The position numbers and the translations under genes are program-made. From Planctomycetota bacterium (GTDB lineage: Bacteria > Planctomycetota > JAJSAM01 > JAJVHW01): a DNA stretch of 64,000 nucleotides. The DNA lies in NCBI GenBank assembly GCA_965248445.1, contig CBDFJG010000003.1, positions 544,001 to 608,000 on the forward strand. Reading direction: 5' to 3'. Under the pieces are notes generated by a model. It did no database searches. It was not told the origin of the DNA and saw only the letters and a program-made list of their open reading frames with translations. Of this stretch, positions 47,079-55,619 are shown piece after piece (the stretch's first letter is position 1; every line of letters begins with the position of its first letter).

Positions 47079-47630
47079 ATGTCACTCGCGAGTTGGCTGG
47101 CTGACGGCGGAGAGCCGGGCCGCATGTCGCCCGAGGAGGTCAGGCGGCAGCTGAACCTGCTCGCCGTGCGCGAGGAGCAGGTCATTGCGCGGCTCGAGGC
47201 CCGCTCTGCCGAACAGACCGATCTCGTGGACCGGGGGACCTGGACGCGGTCGGAGCCGCTGCGCCGGGCGCTGGCCCGGCGTCACGGACGGCTCGACGAG
47301 GACGTCGTCGCCCTGGATCGCGAGCTCTCGCGGATCGGCAAGGAGATGGCGGGCCTGACCGCCATCAAGGCACTGCTGCGCGACGGGGTGCCGCTCGCGG
47401 CGCCGGGGGACTGCGCCCCGCTGCTCGCGCAACTCGACGACACGGGCGTCAGCGACGCCGAGTTCTCCGATCAGCTCGAGCGCAGCCTGCGCGCGGGAGA
47501 CGTGCCACGGGGCAGCGCGCGCAAGCCGTCTAACGCCCCGGACCTGATCGAGGTCTGGAAGCGCCTGGACCGCGGCGAGGTGACCGACGTGCGCGAGGCC
47601 ATGCGCCGCCGCCCCGAGCGGGACGCGTGA
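47079..47630 (+). CDS. Hypothetical coiled-coil protein
   Basis: GGAGG SD, GC3-rich codons, operon position upstream of holA. Confidence 0.7.
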   Translation: MSLASWLADGGEPGRMSPEEVRRQLNLLAVREEQVIARLEARSAEQTDLVDRGTWTRSEPLRRALARRHGRLDEDVVALDRELSRIGKEMAGLTAIKALLRDGVPLAAPGDCAPLLAQLDDTGVSDAEFSDQLERSLRAGDVPRGSARKPSNAPDLIEVWKRLDRGEVTDVREAMRRRPERDA

Positions 47631-47646
47631 CTCGCGAGAGCATCTC

Positions 47647-48726
47647 GTGAGCCGGGCGAAGGGCCTGCAGCCCAGCGGGCTCGCGCGCGCACTCGGTGAG
47701 CGCGCCGACGTCCGCGTGGTGGTCGGCGTAGGGCCGGAGACCTTTCATCGCGAGAGCGTTCTCCGCACGGTCGCCGAGAAGGTGCTCGGCGATACGGAGA
47801 GCACGGGAATGGTCGTGCTCTCGGGAGCGTCCACGTCCACCGACGTCGATCAGGAGACGCTCGCGCGCTTCTTCGACGAGACGCGTACGGGCTCGCTGTT
47901 CGGCGGGCGCAAGGTCGTGGCATTGCGCGCGGCGGACGGACTCGTGTCCCGGCACCGCATCGCGTTCCTGGCGTGGCTCGCGGATCCGGGTCGCGCCGCA
48001 GTGACCGTCATCCTGGCGCGCGACCTGCCGCCGACGGTGCGCGCGGCGGCGCAGACAGCCGGTCTGGTCGTCACCTGCGGAACCACGCGTGGGCGGGGCG
48101 ACGAGCACCCGGGACGCTTCGTCGCGCGGCGGGCCGAGGAGCGGGGCAAGCAATTCGCCCGTCCGCAAGCTGAGTTGCTGGTGGAGTTGCTCGGCCGCGA
48201 TCTGCAGACGCTGGACAGCGCGGTCGAGGTGCTGTCGCTCCACGCGGGCGACCGCGACAGGATCACGGACGAGGACATCGACGCGCTCTTCACGTCCGCC
48301 CGCGAGGGCTCGGTCTGGGCGTTCGGTGACAGACTGCTCGAGGGAGACGTGGCCGCGGCGTTGCACGAAGCCGAGCGGTGCTTTGTGGACGGCGTCCCGG
48401 AGCGTCGCGGGAGCGCGCGGGTCTTGCGCGGTGAGACACCCGTGGCGCATCGTCTGGTCTCGGCCTTCGCGACCGTCGCGTGCCGGGCACTGTCTGTGCG
48501 CGAGCAGCTCGATGCAGGGACGCCGCGCGAGTCCGTGACGGTGTCGGGTGGCAGCTCACCCTGGATGCGCGACGGTGCGCTGCGCGCCGCGCGTCGGCGG
48601 CCCCGCCGCGCGTTCGAGGCTCTGGTCGTGTACGCCGAGGAGACCGATCGCGGCCTGAAGTCCGGCGGGCCCGGTGGCCGCGTCGCGGTGGCCCGTCTCG
48701 CAGCCGCAGTGGCGATGATCTCGTGA
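47647..48726 (+). CDS. holA: DNA polymerase III delta subunit
   Basis: VGPETFHRE, TGSLFGGRKVV, LVELLGRDL..LDSAVEVL, ITDEDI and VWAFGD; length is typical for HolA. Confidence 0.75.
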   Translation: MSRAKGLQPSGLARALGERADVRVVVGVGPETFHRESVLRTVAEKVLGDTESTGMVVLSGASTSTDVDQETLARFFDETRTGSLFGGRKVVALRAADGLVSRHRIAFLAWLADPGRAAVTVILARDLPPTVRAAAQTAGLVVTCGTTRGRGDEHPGRFVARRAEERGKQFARPQAELLVELLGRDLQTLDSAVEVLSLHAGDRDRITDEDIDALFTSAREGSVWAFGDRLLEGDVAAALHEAERCFVDGVPERRGSARVLRGETPVAHRLVSAFATVACRALSVREQLDAGTPRESVTVSGGSSPWMRDGALRAARRRPRRAFEALVVYAEETDRGLKSGGPGGRVAVARLAAAVAMIS

Positions 48727-50525
48727 GCGCGCGCGGCACCTCCGATCCGACCGGCGCGCCTGCAGCCGGCTCGCGAATTCGCCGCCTACCGCGAAAGGTC
48801 GTCGATCGCATCGCTGCCGGAGAGGTCGTCGAACGCCCGGCGTCGGTCGTCAAGGAGCTCGTGGAGAACGCGCTCGACGCGGGCGCAACGCGCATCGACG
48901 TCGAGACGGCGGAGGGCGGCCGCGACCTCATCATGGTGACCGACAACGGCACGGGCATGGGACAGGAAGATCTCGCGCTCGCCTTTGCGTCGCACGCCAC
49001 GAGCAAGCTCTCCGACGTCAGCGACCTCGACCACGTCGCGTCCTTCGGATTCCGCGGCGAGGCGCTTGCGTCGATCGGCGCAGTGGCGGATTGCCGGATC
49101 ACGTCCCGCGAGCGGGGCGCGGAGCACGGCAACACCGTCGCGTGTGACGGCGGCACTCCGTCCGAGATCGAACCGGCAGCCTGCGCGGAGGGAACACGGG
49201 TCGAGGTCCGGCACCTGTTCCGTCACGTGCCTGCGCGGCGGAAGTTCCTGCGCACGGCAGCCACGGAGTCGTCACACATCGGCTCCCTGCTTCACCGCAC
49301 CGCGATCGGACACCCGGGTGTGGCGATCTCGCTGACACGCAACGGTAAGCACGTCTTCCGGGTTAGCGCAGAGGAGGACCGCCGCGAGCGCATCGCACGG
49401 TTCTTCGGCCGGCAGTTGTTCGCTGCATTGCTCAGGGTCAAGGGCGAGAGCGACGGACTGCGACTCTCGGGCTACGTGGCGCCGCCCGGTCAGGCGCGCG
49501 GCACCGCCGCCTGGATGCACGTCTTCCTGAACGGGCGGCCGATCAGCGACCGCGGCGTGTCGCACGCCGTGCGGCACGCGTTCGAAGGGCTGCTCACGAG
49601 GGGCAAGCACCCGGTGGCGTTCCTGTTCCTGTCGGTTCCGCCCGATCGCGTCGACGTGAACGTGCACCCGGCGAAGAGCGAGGTGCGCTTCCAGGACGGT
49701 CAGGCCGTGCACCAACTGGTCCGCCGCGCCGTTCGGCGCGCTCTACTCGCAACCGAGCTGGGACGCGAGATCGTGCCGGACGCCGCCCGGGGTGGTTCGC
49801 CGTCGAACGGGCAAGGCAGCATCGCGCACGCCGAGGGCGTTCGCGAGGCGCTGACGGACTATCTCGCCCGCCCGGCTGCGCCCGGTCAGCGGCCGGGCTC
49901 GGGGTTCCACGCCCCGCGTTCGTCGCCCGGGGACGCGCGAGCTCCGGCGCCGATGCGCGCCATGCGCTTCCTGCAGGTCCACGACTCGTTCCTGGTCCAC
50001 GAGACCGAGGAGGGCGTCGCGATCCTCGACCAGCACGCGCTGCACGAGCGCATCCTGCTCGAGGAGTTGAGCGAGCGCGTCCGTTCCGGAACACCTACGG
50101 TCCAACCGTTGCTGGTGCCCGCCATTGTCGAGTTGCCGACGGGAGACATCGACGCGCTGCTCGCCCATGCGGACGAACTGACTTCGATCGGCGTTCGCAT
50201 CGGGCGCTTCGGTGAGAGCGAGATCGCGGTGCACGCGCTCCCGGCGTTGCTGTCGGGTCGTGATCCCGAGAGGATCCTGCGCGGGATCGCCGAGCGACTG
50301 CGCAGCGGCAAGGGCGCAGGATCGCGCACCGCGATCCTCGATGGCGTGCTGCACTCCATGGCGTGCCGCGCCGCGGTGATGGCCGGCGACCCTCTCACCG
50401 AGGCGCAGGCCGCGGAACTGCTGCGGCGCGCGGACCTGATCGAGAACCCGCACGGCTGCGCGCACGGACGCCCGACCGTCCTGCGTATCCCGCTACGCGA
50501 GCTGAGGCGGCATTTCGAGAGGTGA
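48723..50525 (+). CDS. mutL: DNA mismatch repair endonuclease MutL
   Basis: IAAGEVVERPASVVKELVENALDAG, GFRGEAL and VDVNVHPAK; endonuclease motifs DQHALHER, ACR and CAHGRP. Confidence 0.98.
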   Translation: MSARGTSDPTGAPAAGSRIRRLPRKVVDRIAAGEVVERPASVVKELVENALDAGATRIDVETAEGGRDLIMVTDNGTGMGQEDLALAFASHATSKLSDVSDLDHVASFGFRGEALASIGAVADCRITSRERGAEHGNTVACDGGTPSEIEPAACAEGTRVEVRHLFRHVPARRKFLRTAATESSHIGSLLHRTAIGHPGVAISLTRNGKHVFRVSAEEDRRERIARFFGRQLFAALLRVKGESDGLRLSGYVAPPGQARGTAAWMHVFLNGRPISDRGVSHAVRHAFEGLLTRGKHPVAFLFLSVPPDRVDVNVHPAKSEVRFQDGQAVHQLVRRAVRRALLATELGREIVPDAARGGSPSNGQGSIAHAEGVREALTDYLARPAAPGQRPGSGFHAPRSSPGDARAPAPMRAMRFLQVHDSFLVHETEEGVAILDQHALHERILLEELSERVRSGTPTVQPLLVPAIVELPTGDIDALLAHADELTSIGVRIGRFGESEIAVHALPALLSGRDPERILRGIAERLRSGKGAGSRTAILDGVLHSMACRAAVMAGDPLTEAQAAELLRRADLIENPHGCAHGRPTVLRIPLRELRRHFER

Positions 50526-50684
50526 GCGACGGCGCCGCGAAGCGGCGTGAGGACTCTCCGCGGGAGAGTCCGAGAGGAGCGAACGCGAGCGCAGGCCCTG
50601 GGCCGGAGCGAGTGTGCGCCTTCCCCATAACTCGCTGAACGCGGCGAAGCGATGTCGCCACAGCGGATCGGCACCCTCGCTCAC

Positions 50685-51635
50685 CTACTTCGAAGACGAC
50701 CAGAACTCCGCCGGGTCACGCACCGCAAACACCGAGTTCGGCAGCGGCGTGAACGTGATGTCGGAGATTCGCAGTATCAGGCGCGGCTCTTCGTCGTCGG
50801 GTCGCGGCGCCGTGGTCGTCTCGTCTCGCTCGTGCGTTTGCAGGATCATGGGCACGCGCATCGTGGCTCCGTGCACGTTCGGCCACTTGGCGTGGTACTC
50901 GAAGCGCAAGTCCTGCGTGCGCCCGCCTTCGACGAGCGGCGGGATCCTCACCGCGACGAGATCGCGCGTGTCCTCGTCGATCCAAATCTTGAATGGCAAC
51001 GCAGCGCGGGCGCTCTCCGGCGGGCGGCGCAGGAACGCACGCCCGCGGTGTGTCTTGTCCTCGAGCCGTGACCACGCGCTGCCGTCGGCGATCGTGCGAC
51101 GCAGCACCAGAAGCTCCGCGAGCGTCCCGATCAGGCGTCGGCGGTCGCGCAACTGCGTCAGATCCTCGGGGTGCGAGTCCTCCTTGAGCGGGGTGGACGC
51201 CGGTTCCCCCTCTGCCCAGAACCAGCCAATCTTGCGCGGCCCGAAGAGGCAACGCGAAGAGGCCTTGCCGTTCATGTTGAGATGCTCGATGAAGGACGTT
51301 TCGCCTGTGTCGTGACGGCGCCAGGCGAATGCCGCGCGATCCGTGTCGAAGCCTTTCCGCAGAGTCACACCATCGGCCTGCCGAGTCGGCTGCCAGCCGC
51401 TCACGCGCCCGAAGTGCAACTGCAGTGACGTGACGCCGTCCAACAGCGTGCCGCCGCCCTGGCGCGTGGCGGCACGCACGAGGAACGCCCGGTCTGCGTT
51501 GGAGAGCTTGTTCGCCGCCGCGGTCACGGGGGCCTTCTTGGCCGGCGGGGGAAGGGGTGCGCCGCGCTTCTCGTCTTGTGCCGACGCAATCGCGGTCACG
51601 AGAGCGACGAACAGGACGACGGCCGGACGGCGCAT
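50685..51635 (-). CDS. Secreted hypothetical protein, LolA-like fold candidate (paralog 2)
   Basis: Signal peptide ASA-Q; alignable along its length with 51635-52567; TGATG coupling. Confidence 0.7.
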   Translation of the reverse strand: MRRPAVVLFVALVTAIASAQDEKRGAPLPPPAKKAPVTAAANKLSNADRAFLVRAATRQGGGTLLDGVTSLQLHFGRVSGWQPTRQADGVTLRKGFDTDRAAFAWRRHDTGETSFIEHLNMNGKASSRCLFGPRKIGWFWAEGEPASTPLKEDSHPEDLTQLRDRRRLIGTLAELLVLRRTIADGSAWSRLEDKTHRGRAFLRRPPESARAALPFKIWIDEDTRDLVAVRIPPLVEGGRTQDLRFEYHAKWPNVHGATMRVPMILQTHERDETTTAPRPDDEEPRLILRISDITFTPLPNSVFAVRDPAEFWSSSK

Positions 51636-52567
51636 CAGCGAGGCGGCGTCTTCTTCGGTGGCGCGAACGCCTTGCGGTCGACGCCGTTGAACGCGACGCG
51701 GCGCAGCCACAGGTCCATCGCCATCTTCGGCTCCTGCTCCGGGATGCGCTGCTCCAGCACGGTGACGCCATGGGGGAAGCGGATCTCGGCGCCGTCCACC
51801 TTCGGGTAGCCGGGCACGTACGTGAGGCGGTAGTGCAGGATCGACGCGCCGCGCTCGATGGGCTCGACCTTGATCGCGTACGGGTCCATCGTGCGCTTGT
51901 CGAGCCACAGCGTGAACGTGAGCGCACCGGTGGCGGTGCGCGGGGGCGTGCGCTTCAGCGCGATACCGGGGTAGTACGGATCTTCGAGCAGCTTCCAGAT
52001 GCTGCCGTCGGTGGTGAGCTTCTTGAGCACGGCGACGTCGATGAGCGCACGGGACAGTCGGCGGTGCTGCTGAATCTCGGCGACGTCGTCAGGATGCGTC
52101 TGCCCGCTGATCGCGGTGAAGGTCTGACCGTCGTGCATCCAGTAGTACGCGCGGGGTCCGAACACGGCCCGCGTGGTGACGCGACCGTTCAGCTCCCACG
52201 GCGTCTTGAGCGAGGGCTCGGACTCGTCGTGGTGCATCCAGTCGATGTCGAGGCGCTCGGCCTCCTCGGTGGCGTAGACGACGGTCCCGTCCTCCTGCTC
52301 GTTGCGCTTCTGCACGATGACGCGGCCGAACTCGAGACGGAACGATGCGAGGCCGCCCACGCGAGCCAGCGCGGCCCCGCCCTGGCGGGCGATGGCCTGA
52401 TTCAGGTATTCGATGGCCTTCTCGTCGCTCTTCTTGGCCGCGGGAACCGGGGCGGTCGCGCCTCCGCCCTCCTGTCCGAGAGCGTTCTCGGTGGGGGACA
52501 CTGTGTTCGCGGCTGCGAACACCAGCACGATCAGGCCGGCGTGGACGAGGGCGCGTGGGATGCTCAC
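51635..52567 (-). CDS. Secreted hypothetical protein, LolA-like fold candidate (paralog 1)
   Basis: AGGAG SD, signal peptide; ARQGG...TLWLDKRT...AFNGVDRKAFAPP resembles LolA-like/lipoprotein-sorting proteins. Confidence 0.7.
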   Translation of the reverse strand: MSIPRALVHAGLIVLVFAAANTVSPTENALGQEGGGATAPVPAAKKSDEKAIEYLNQAIARQGGAALARVGGLASFRLEFGRVIVQKRNEQEDGTVVYATEEAERLDIDWMHHDESEPSLKTPWELNGRVTTRAVFGPRAYYWMHDGQTFTAISGQTHPDDVAEIQQHRRLSRALIDVAVLKKLTTDGSIWKLLEDPYYPGIALKRTPPRTATGALTFTLWLDKRTMDPYAIKVEPIERGASILHYRLTYVPGYPKVDGAEIRFPHGVTVLEQRIPEQEPKMAMDLWLRRVAFNGVDRKAFAPPKKTPPR

Positions 52568-52667
52568 GATGCGATCTCCTGAGCCCGTCCGTGGCCGTCT
52601 CGGGCTTGTCCCGAGGCCGGCGTCCGGATACGGACGGCGAGGTGCGCCCCATTCTCGGGGGCTCCGG

Positions 52668-53639
52668 TCACGGAACAGTCGCAAAGTCGGGGCCAGGCGC
52701 CGCGGTGAGCGCGGCAGCGACACGAGCGCCCACGACTTCCGCGGGCTCGTCGGCCGCCACGTCGAGCCAGGTGACGCCCTCGAAGCGCTTGAACCACGTC
52801 ATCTGACGGCGGGCGAGCTGCCAGGTGTGTGCGGTCATCTGCTCGACCGCCGCCGCCAGCGAGGTCTCCGGTTCTGCTGACGCCAGGAGGGGAAGGACCT
52901 CCTTCACGCCGATCGCCTCGCGGGCAGTCGGACCGAGGTCGCCTCCGGCGGACAGTGCCGCCACTTCGTCGACGAGTCCCGCGCCCACCATCCGGTCGAT
53001 CCGGCTCACGATCCGCGCGCGCAAGTCCTCGCGGCTGCGCAGTATCCCGACTGCGCGAAAGGACATCCGCGCTGGCCTGTTCCATTGTCCCTGTGCGTCG
53101 CTGATCGGCAGTCCGGTCGCCGCATACACCTCCAGCGCGCGAAGCAGTCGCTTGTGGTCGTTCGCGTGAATGCGCGCCGCGGCCGCTTGATCGACTTCCG
53201 CGAGACGACGGTGCAGCGCTCCCGGCTCGTCGCGCTCGAGTTGCGACAGACGCTCGCGCAGTTCCGCGTCGGCGGCCGGACCCTCGAACAGACCGTAGAG
53301 CAGCGCTTTCAGGTAGAGCGGCGTCCCGGCTACCACGAGCGGTGCACGGCCGCGAGACCGCACGTCGCGGATGGCCGTATCGGCCAGCGCGATCCAGCGG
53401 GCCGCGTGCAACCGTTCCGCGGGTTCGAGGCAGCCGACCAGGTGATGGGGCACCCGCGCAAGCTGCCCCGGGTCCGGCGCCGCGGCCACGATGCCCAGCC
53501 CGCGGTAGATCTTCACCGAGTCGCAGACGATGAGTTCCGCGTCCAGCGCTTCTGCTGCATGGACTGCCGCCGACCCCTTTCCCGAAGCCGTCGGCCCAAG
53601 GAGGATCAGGAGGGGAGACGGGTCAGAGTCAGTACTCAC
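52668..53639 (-). CDS. miaA: tRNA dimethylallyltransferase
   Basis: GPTASGK, DSVKIYRG, VPHHL, GTPLY, IHAND.KRLLRALEV and ARRQMTWF. Confidence 0.96.
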   Translation of the reverse strand: MSTDSDPSPLLILLGPTASGKGSAAVHAAEALDAELIVCDSVKIYRGLGIVAAAPDPGQLARVPHHLVGCLEPAERLHAARWIALADTAIRDVRSRGRAPLVVAGTPLYLKALLYGLFEGPAADAELRERLSQLERDEPGALHRRLAEVDQAAAARIHANDHKRLLRALEVYAATGLPISDAQGQWNRPARMSFRAVGILRSREDLRARIVSRIDRMVGAGLVDEVAALSAGGDLGPTAREAIGVKEVLPLLASAEPETSLAAAVEQMTAHTWQLARRQMTWFKRFEGVTWLDVAADEPAEVVGARVAAALTAAPGPDFATVP

Positions 53640-53758
53640 GTCGAAGCGGTTCCCCGTCCAACCGCGCCAACAGCGTCAGCTGTTGGGCCAAGAGGAGAGA
53701 GCGCCGTCCCAACATCGTCAGATGTTGGACCAGAAGGAATGAGCTGCACTCCCAAACG

Positions 53759-53794
53759 AACAGGGGCGCACCGCGTGAGCGGTGCGCCCCTGTT
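53759..53794 (-). terminator. Probable terminator hairpin downstream of the small lipoprotein
   Basis: Perfect 16-bp stem AACAGGGGCGCACCGC/GCGGTGCGCCCCTGTT with a 4-nt loop, 17 bp after the stop. Confidence 0.75.
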
Positions 53795-53811
53795 TGGTTG
53801 GTCTGGTCAGC

Positions 53812-54009
53812 TCAGTCGTTGAACGGGTCGTTCTTGTCGTAGTCGAAGAAGTACTTGTTGGTCGCGTCACGCCACTCGTCGGCGGACTTGCCGTAGTGGT
53901 TGATCATCCGGACGTTTTCGTCCCAGTTCGTGAGCGAGAAGCAGCCGCTGAGGCTGAATGCCAGGGCGGCGACCAGGCTTGAGAGGAACAACTTGCGGAT
54001 CATCTGCAC
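53812..54009 (-). CDS. Small lipoprotein (65 aa)
   Basis: Lipobox LSGC, strongly biased codons, own promoter and terminator. Confidence 0.85.
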   Translation of the reverse strand: MQMIRKLFLSSLVAALAFSLSGCFSLTNWDENVRMINHYGKSADEWRDATNKYFFDYDKNDPFND

Positions 54010-54089
54010 CCTCCGGTGGCGACCACCGTTACGTCCTTCCGGAACGGCCTGGAATCCCGGGCCGCACGCCCGCCCTAGCGGACCCGGGG

Positions 54090-54118
54090 AAGGTAGGTCG
54101 GCGGTGGGGCAGGGTCAA
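54090..54118 (-). promoter_or_regulatory. Candidate sigma-70 promoter of the small lipoprotein
   Basis: Minus-strand TTGACC-N17-TACCTT. Confidence 0.55.
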
Positions 54119-54168
54119 CGGAAAAAGCCAAGCCCGCCGGGCTCGATCCGGGAGCGAACACGCGGCCG

Positions 54169-54849
54169 TCAGACAGCCTCGTCCGAGGTCGCCTCGGCCA
54201 CGCCCTCAGCGGGGCAGTAGAGACCCTCTGCGGCCACGTAGTCGGCAACGGGGTCCGGCACGAAGCAGCGGATCGAGCGGCCCTCTGCGACCCGCTGCCG
54301 GATGGCCGTGGACGAGATCGCGTGCCGCGGCGTTGCCAGCCATCGCTGTCTCAACCCGCGGCAGGCCTCTCGCCCCAGCGCTTTCTCGAGGGACTCCCAG
54401 TCGGGGTCCGCAGCCTCCGGGCGCGGAGCCACCGCCACGGGGACGATGCGCAACAACTCGTCGATGCGCCGCCAGGTGGGAAGCAGCGGAACCGAGTCCT
54501 GCCCGATGAGGAGCATCAGTTGCTCGCCGCGGCACGGTCCGGCGAGCAGGGCCTCGACGGTGTCGATCGTGTACGAGACGCCTCCGCGGGTGATCTCGAT
54601 GTCCAGCACGTCGACCCCGGGCAGCTCTTCGGCGACCAACCGGCACATTGCGAGCCGGTGCACGGCGGATGCGTGGGTGCCGTCCTTGTGCGGTGGGTCG
54701 GCGGCCGGAACCAGGCTGACGACGTCGGCCCCGGCCAGGCGGCCCGCCGCGGCGGCGACGGCGGTGTGCCCCGTGTGAACGGGGTCGAAGCTCCCGCCGT
54801 ACAGCAGCCGCCGCAGCGGACGCTCGTCTTCGTGTGCGTCGCCGGTCAT
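54169..54849 (-). CDS. nadD: Nicotinate-nucleotide adenylyltransferase
   Basis: YGGSFDPVHTGH, PPHK, SYTIDT, LIGQD and ISSTAIR. Confidence 0.96.
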   Translation of the reverse strand: MTGDAHEDERPLRRLLYGGSFDPVHTGHTAVAAAAGRLAGADVVSLVPAADPPHKDGTHASAVHRLAMCRLVAEELPGVDVLDIEITRGGVSYTIDTVEALLAGPCRGEQLMLLIGQDSVPLLPTWRRIDELLRIVPVAVAPRPEAADPDWESLEKALGREACRGLRQRWLATPRHAISSTAIRQRVAEGRSIRCFVPDPVADYVAAEGLYCPAEGVAEATSDEAV

Positions 54850-55352
54850 CGCCCCGTCAACTCCGCGACGCGCGCGACACTCCCGTCGGGGAACAGCAAC
54901 TCGAGACCGCAACCTTGCGCGGAGTCGAGCAAGCTGATCAGAACGCTCGGAGAGAGCTGCTCCTCGTACGGACGCGGGCTGTGCCAGAGCGTCATCGAGA
55001 AGAGGATCACCGCGGCGAGCAGCCCGGACACGACGCCGAACGTGCCGCCGGTCCAGTCGTCCCACCGGAAGCGGAGCCGCTTGGAGAGCGGGTGCAGGAG
55101 GTAGGCCACGCCCATCAGCATGCAGGCGATGAGCGCGAACAGGGCAGCATGGGTGACCCACAGGAGGTCCTCGGGGCCGAGCGTCGCGATCTTCGAGACG
55201 TAGGGCTCTGCCAGCGGCCGCAGAAGCGTCGTCAGGACCGCAGCGAGTGCCAGGAGGGCGGTCTCGACGACGGACCAGGCAAGGCCCGAGCGCGCACCGT
55301 CCACGACGGCGAGCGCGCAGAGAAGCAGGGCGCCCAGGTCGAACCAACTCAT
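54846..55352 (-). CDS. cvpA: CvpA (colicin V production) family membrane protein
   Basis: WFDL...VDGARSGL and DDWTGGTFGVVSG; 4 TM helices. Confidence 0.75.
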   Translation of the reverse strand: MSWFDLGALLLCALAVVDGARSGLAWSVVETALLALAAVLTTLLRPLAEPYVSKIATLGPEDLLWVTHAALFALIACMLMGVAYLLHPLSKRLRFRWDDWTGGTFGVVSGLLAAVILFSMTLWHSPRPYEEQLSPSVLISLLDSAQGCGLELLFPDGSVARVAELTGR

Positions 55353-55424
55353 CGGCGGGAGTCTACCCAAGGCCCAGGGATGAGCCTCGCTCGGCGCGGC
55401 GGAGCAACCCAGCCGGCGGCCCTC

Positions 55425-55555
55425 GCCCGCCGCGCGCTCGCGCGCCGCCCGGCATCGCCTTCGTCAGAAGACAGCACGAGGTGCAAGCAACGATCCGCGT
55501 GGACATGGCCCGCCGCGCGCTCGGGCGCGGCCCGGCATCGTCTTCGTCAGAAGAC
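55425..55555. repeat. Two 48-bp direct repeats separated by 35 bp
   Basis: 55425-55472 and 55508-55555 match at 45/48 positions; each ends in a CTTC-GTCA-GAAG hairpin. Confidence 0.85.
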
Positions 55556-55561
55556 GAGCCC

Positions 55562-55599
55562 AAAAAGAACAGGGCCCCGGCCGTATGGCCGGGGCCCTG
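55562..55599 (-). terminator. Rho-independent terminator of the HEAT-repeat gene
   Basis: 13-bp stem CAGGGCCCCGGCC/GGCCGGGGCCCTG followed by TTCTTTTT on the minus strand. Confidence 0.9.
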
Positions 55600-55619
55600 G
55601 GAACCCGTTTCGTTCCGCG

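Noticed and set aside
55425..55555. CRISPR array
   Set aside because: Only two units with a 48-bp repeat and no cas genes or AT-rich leader in the window; kept as a repeat.
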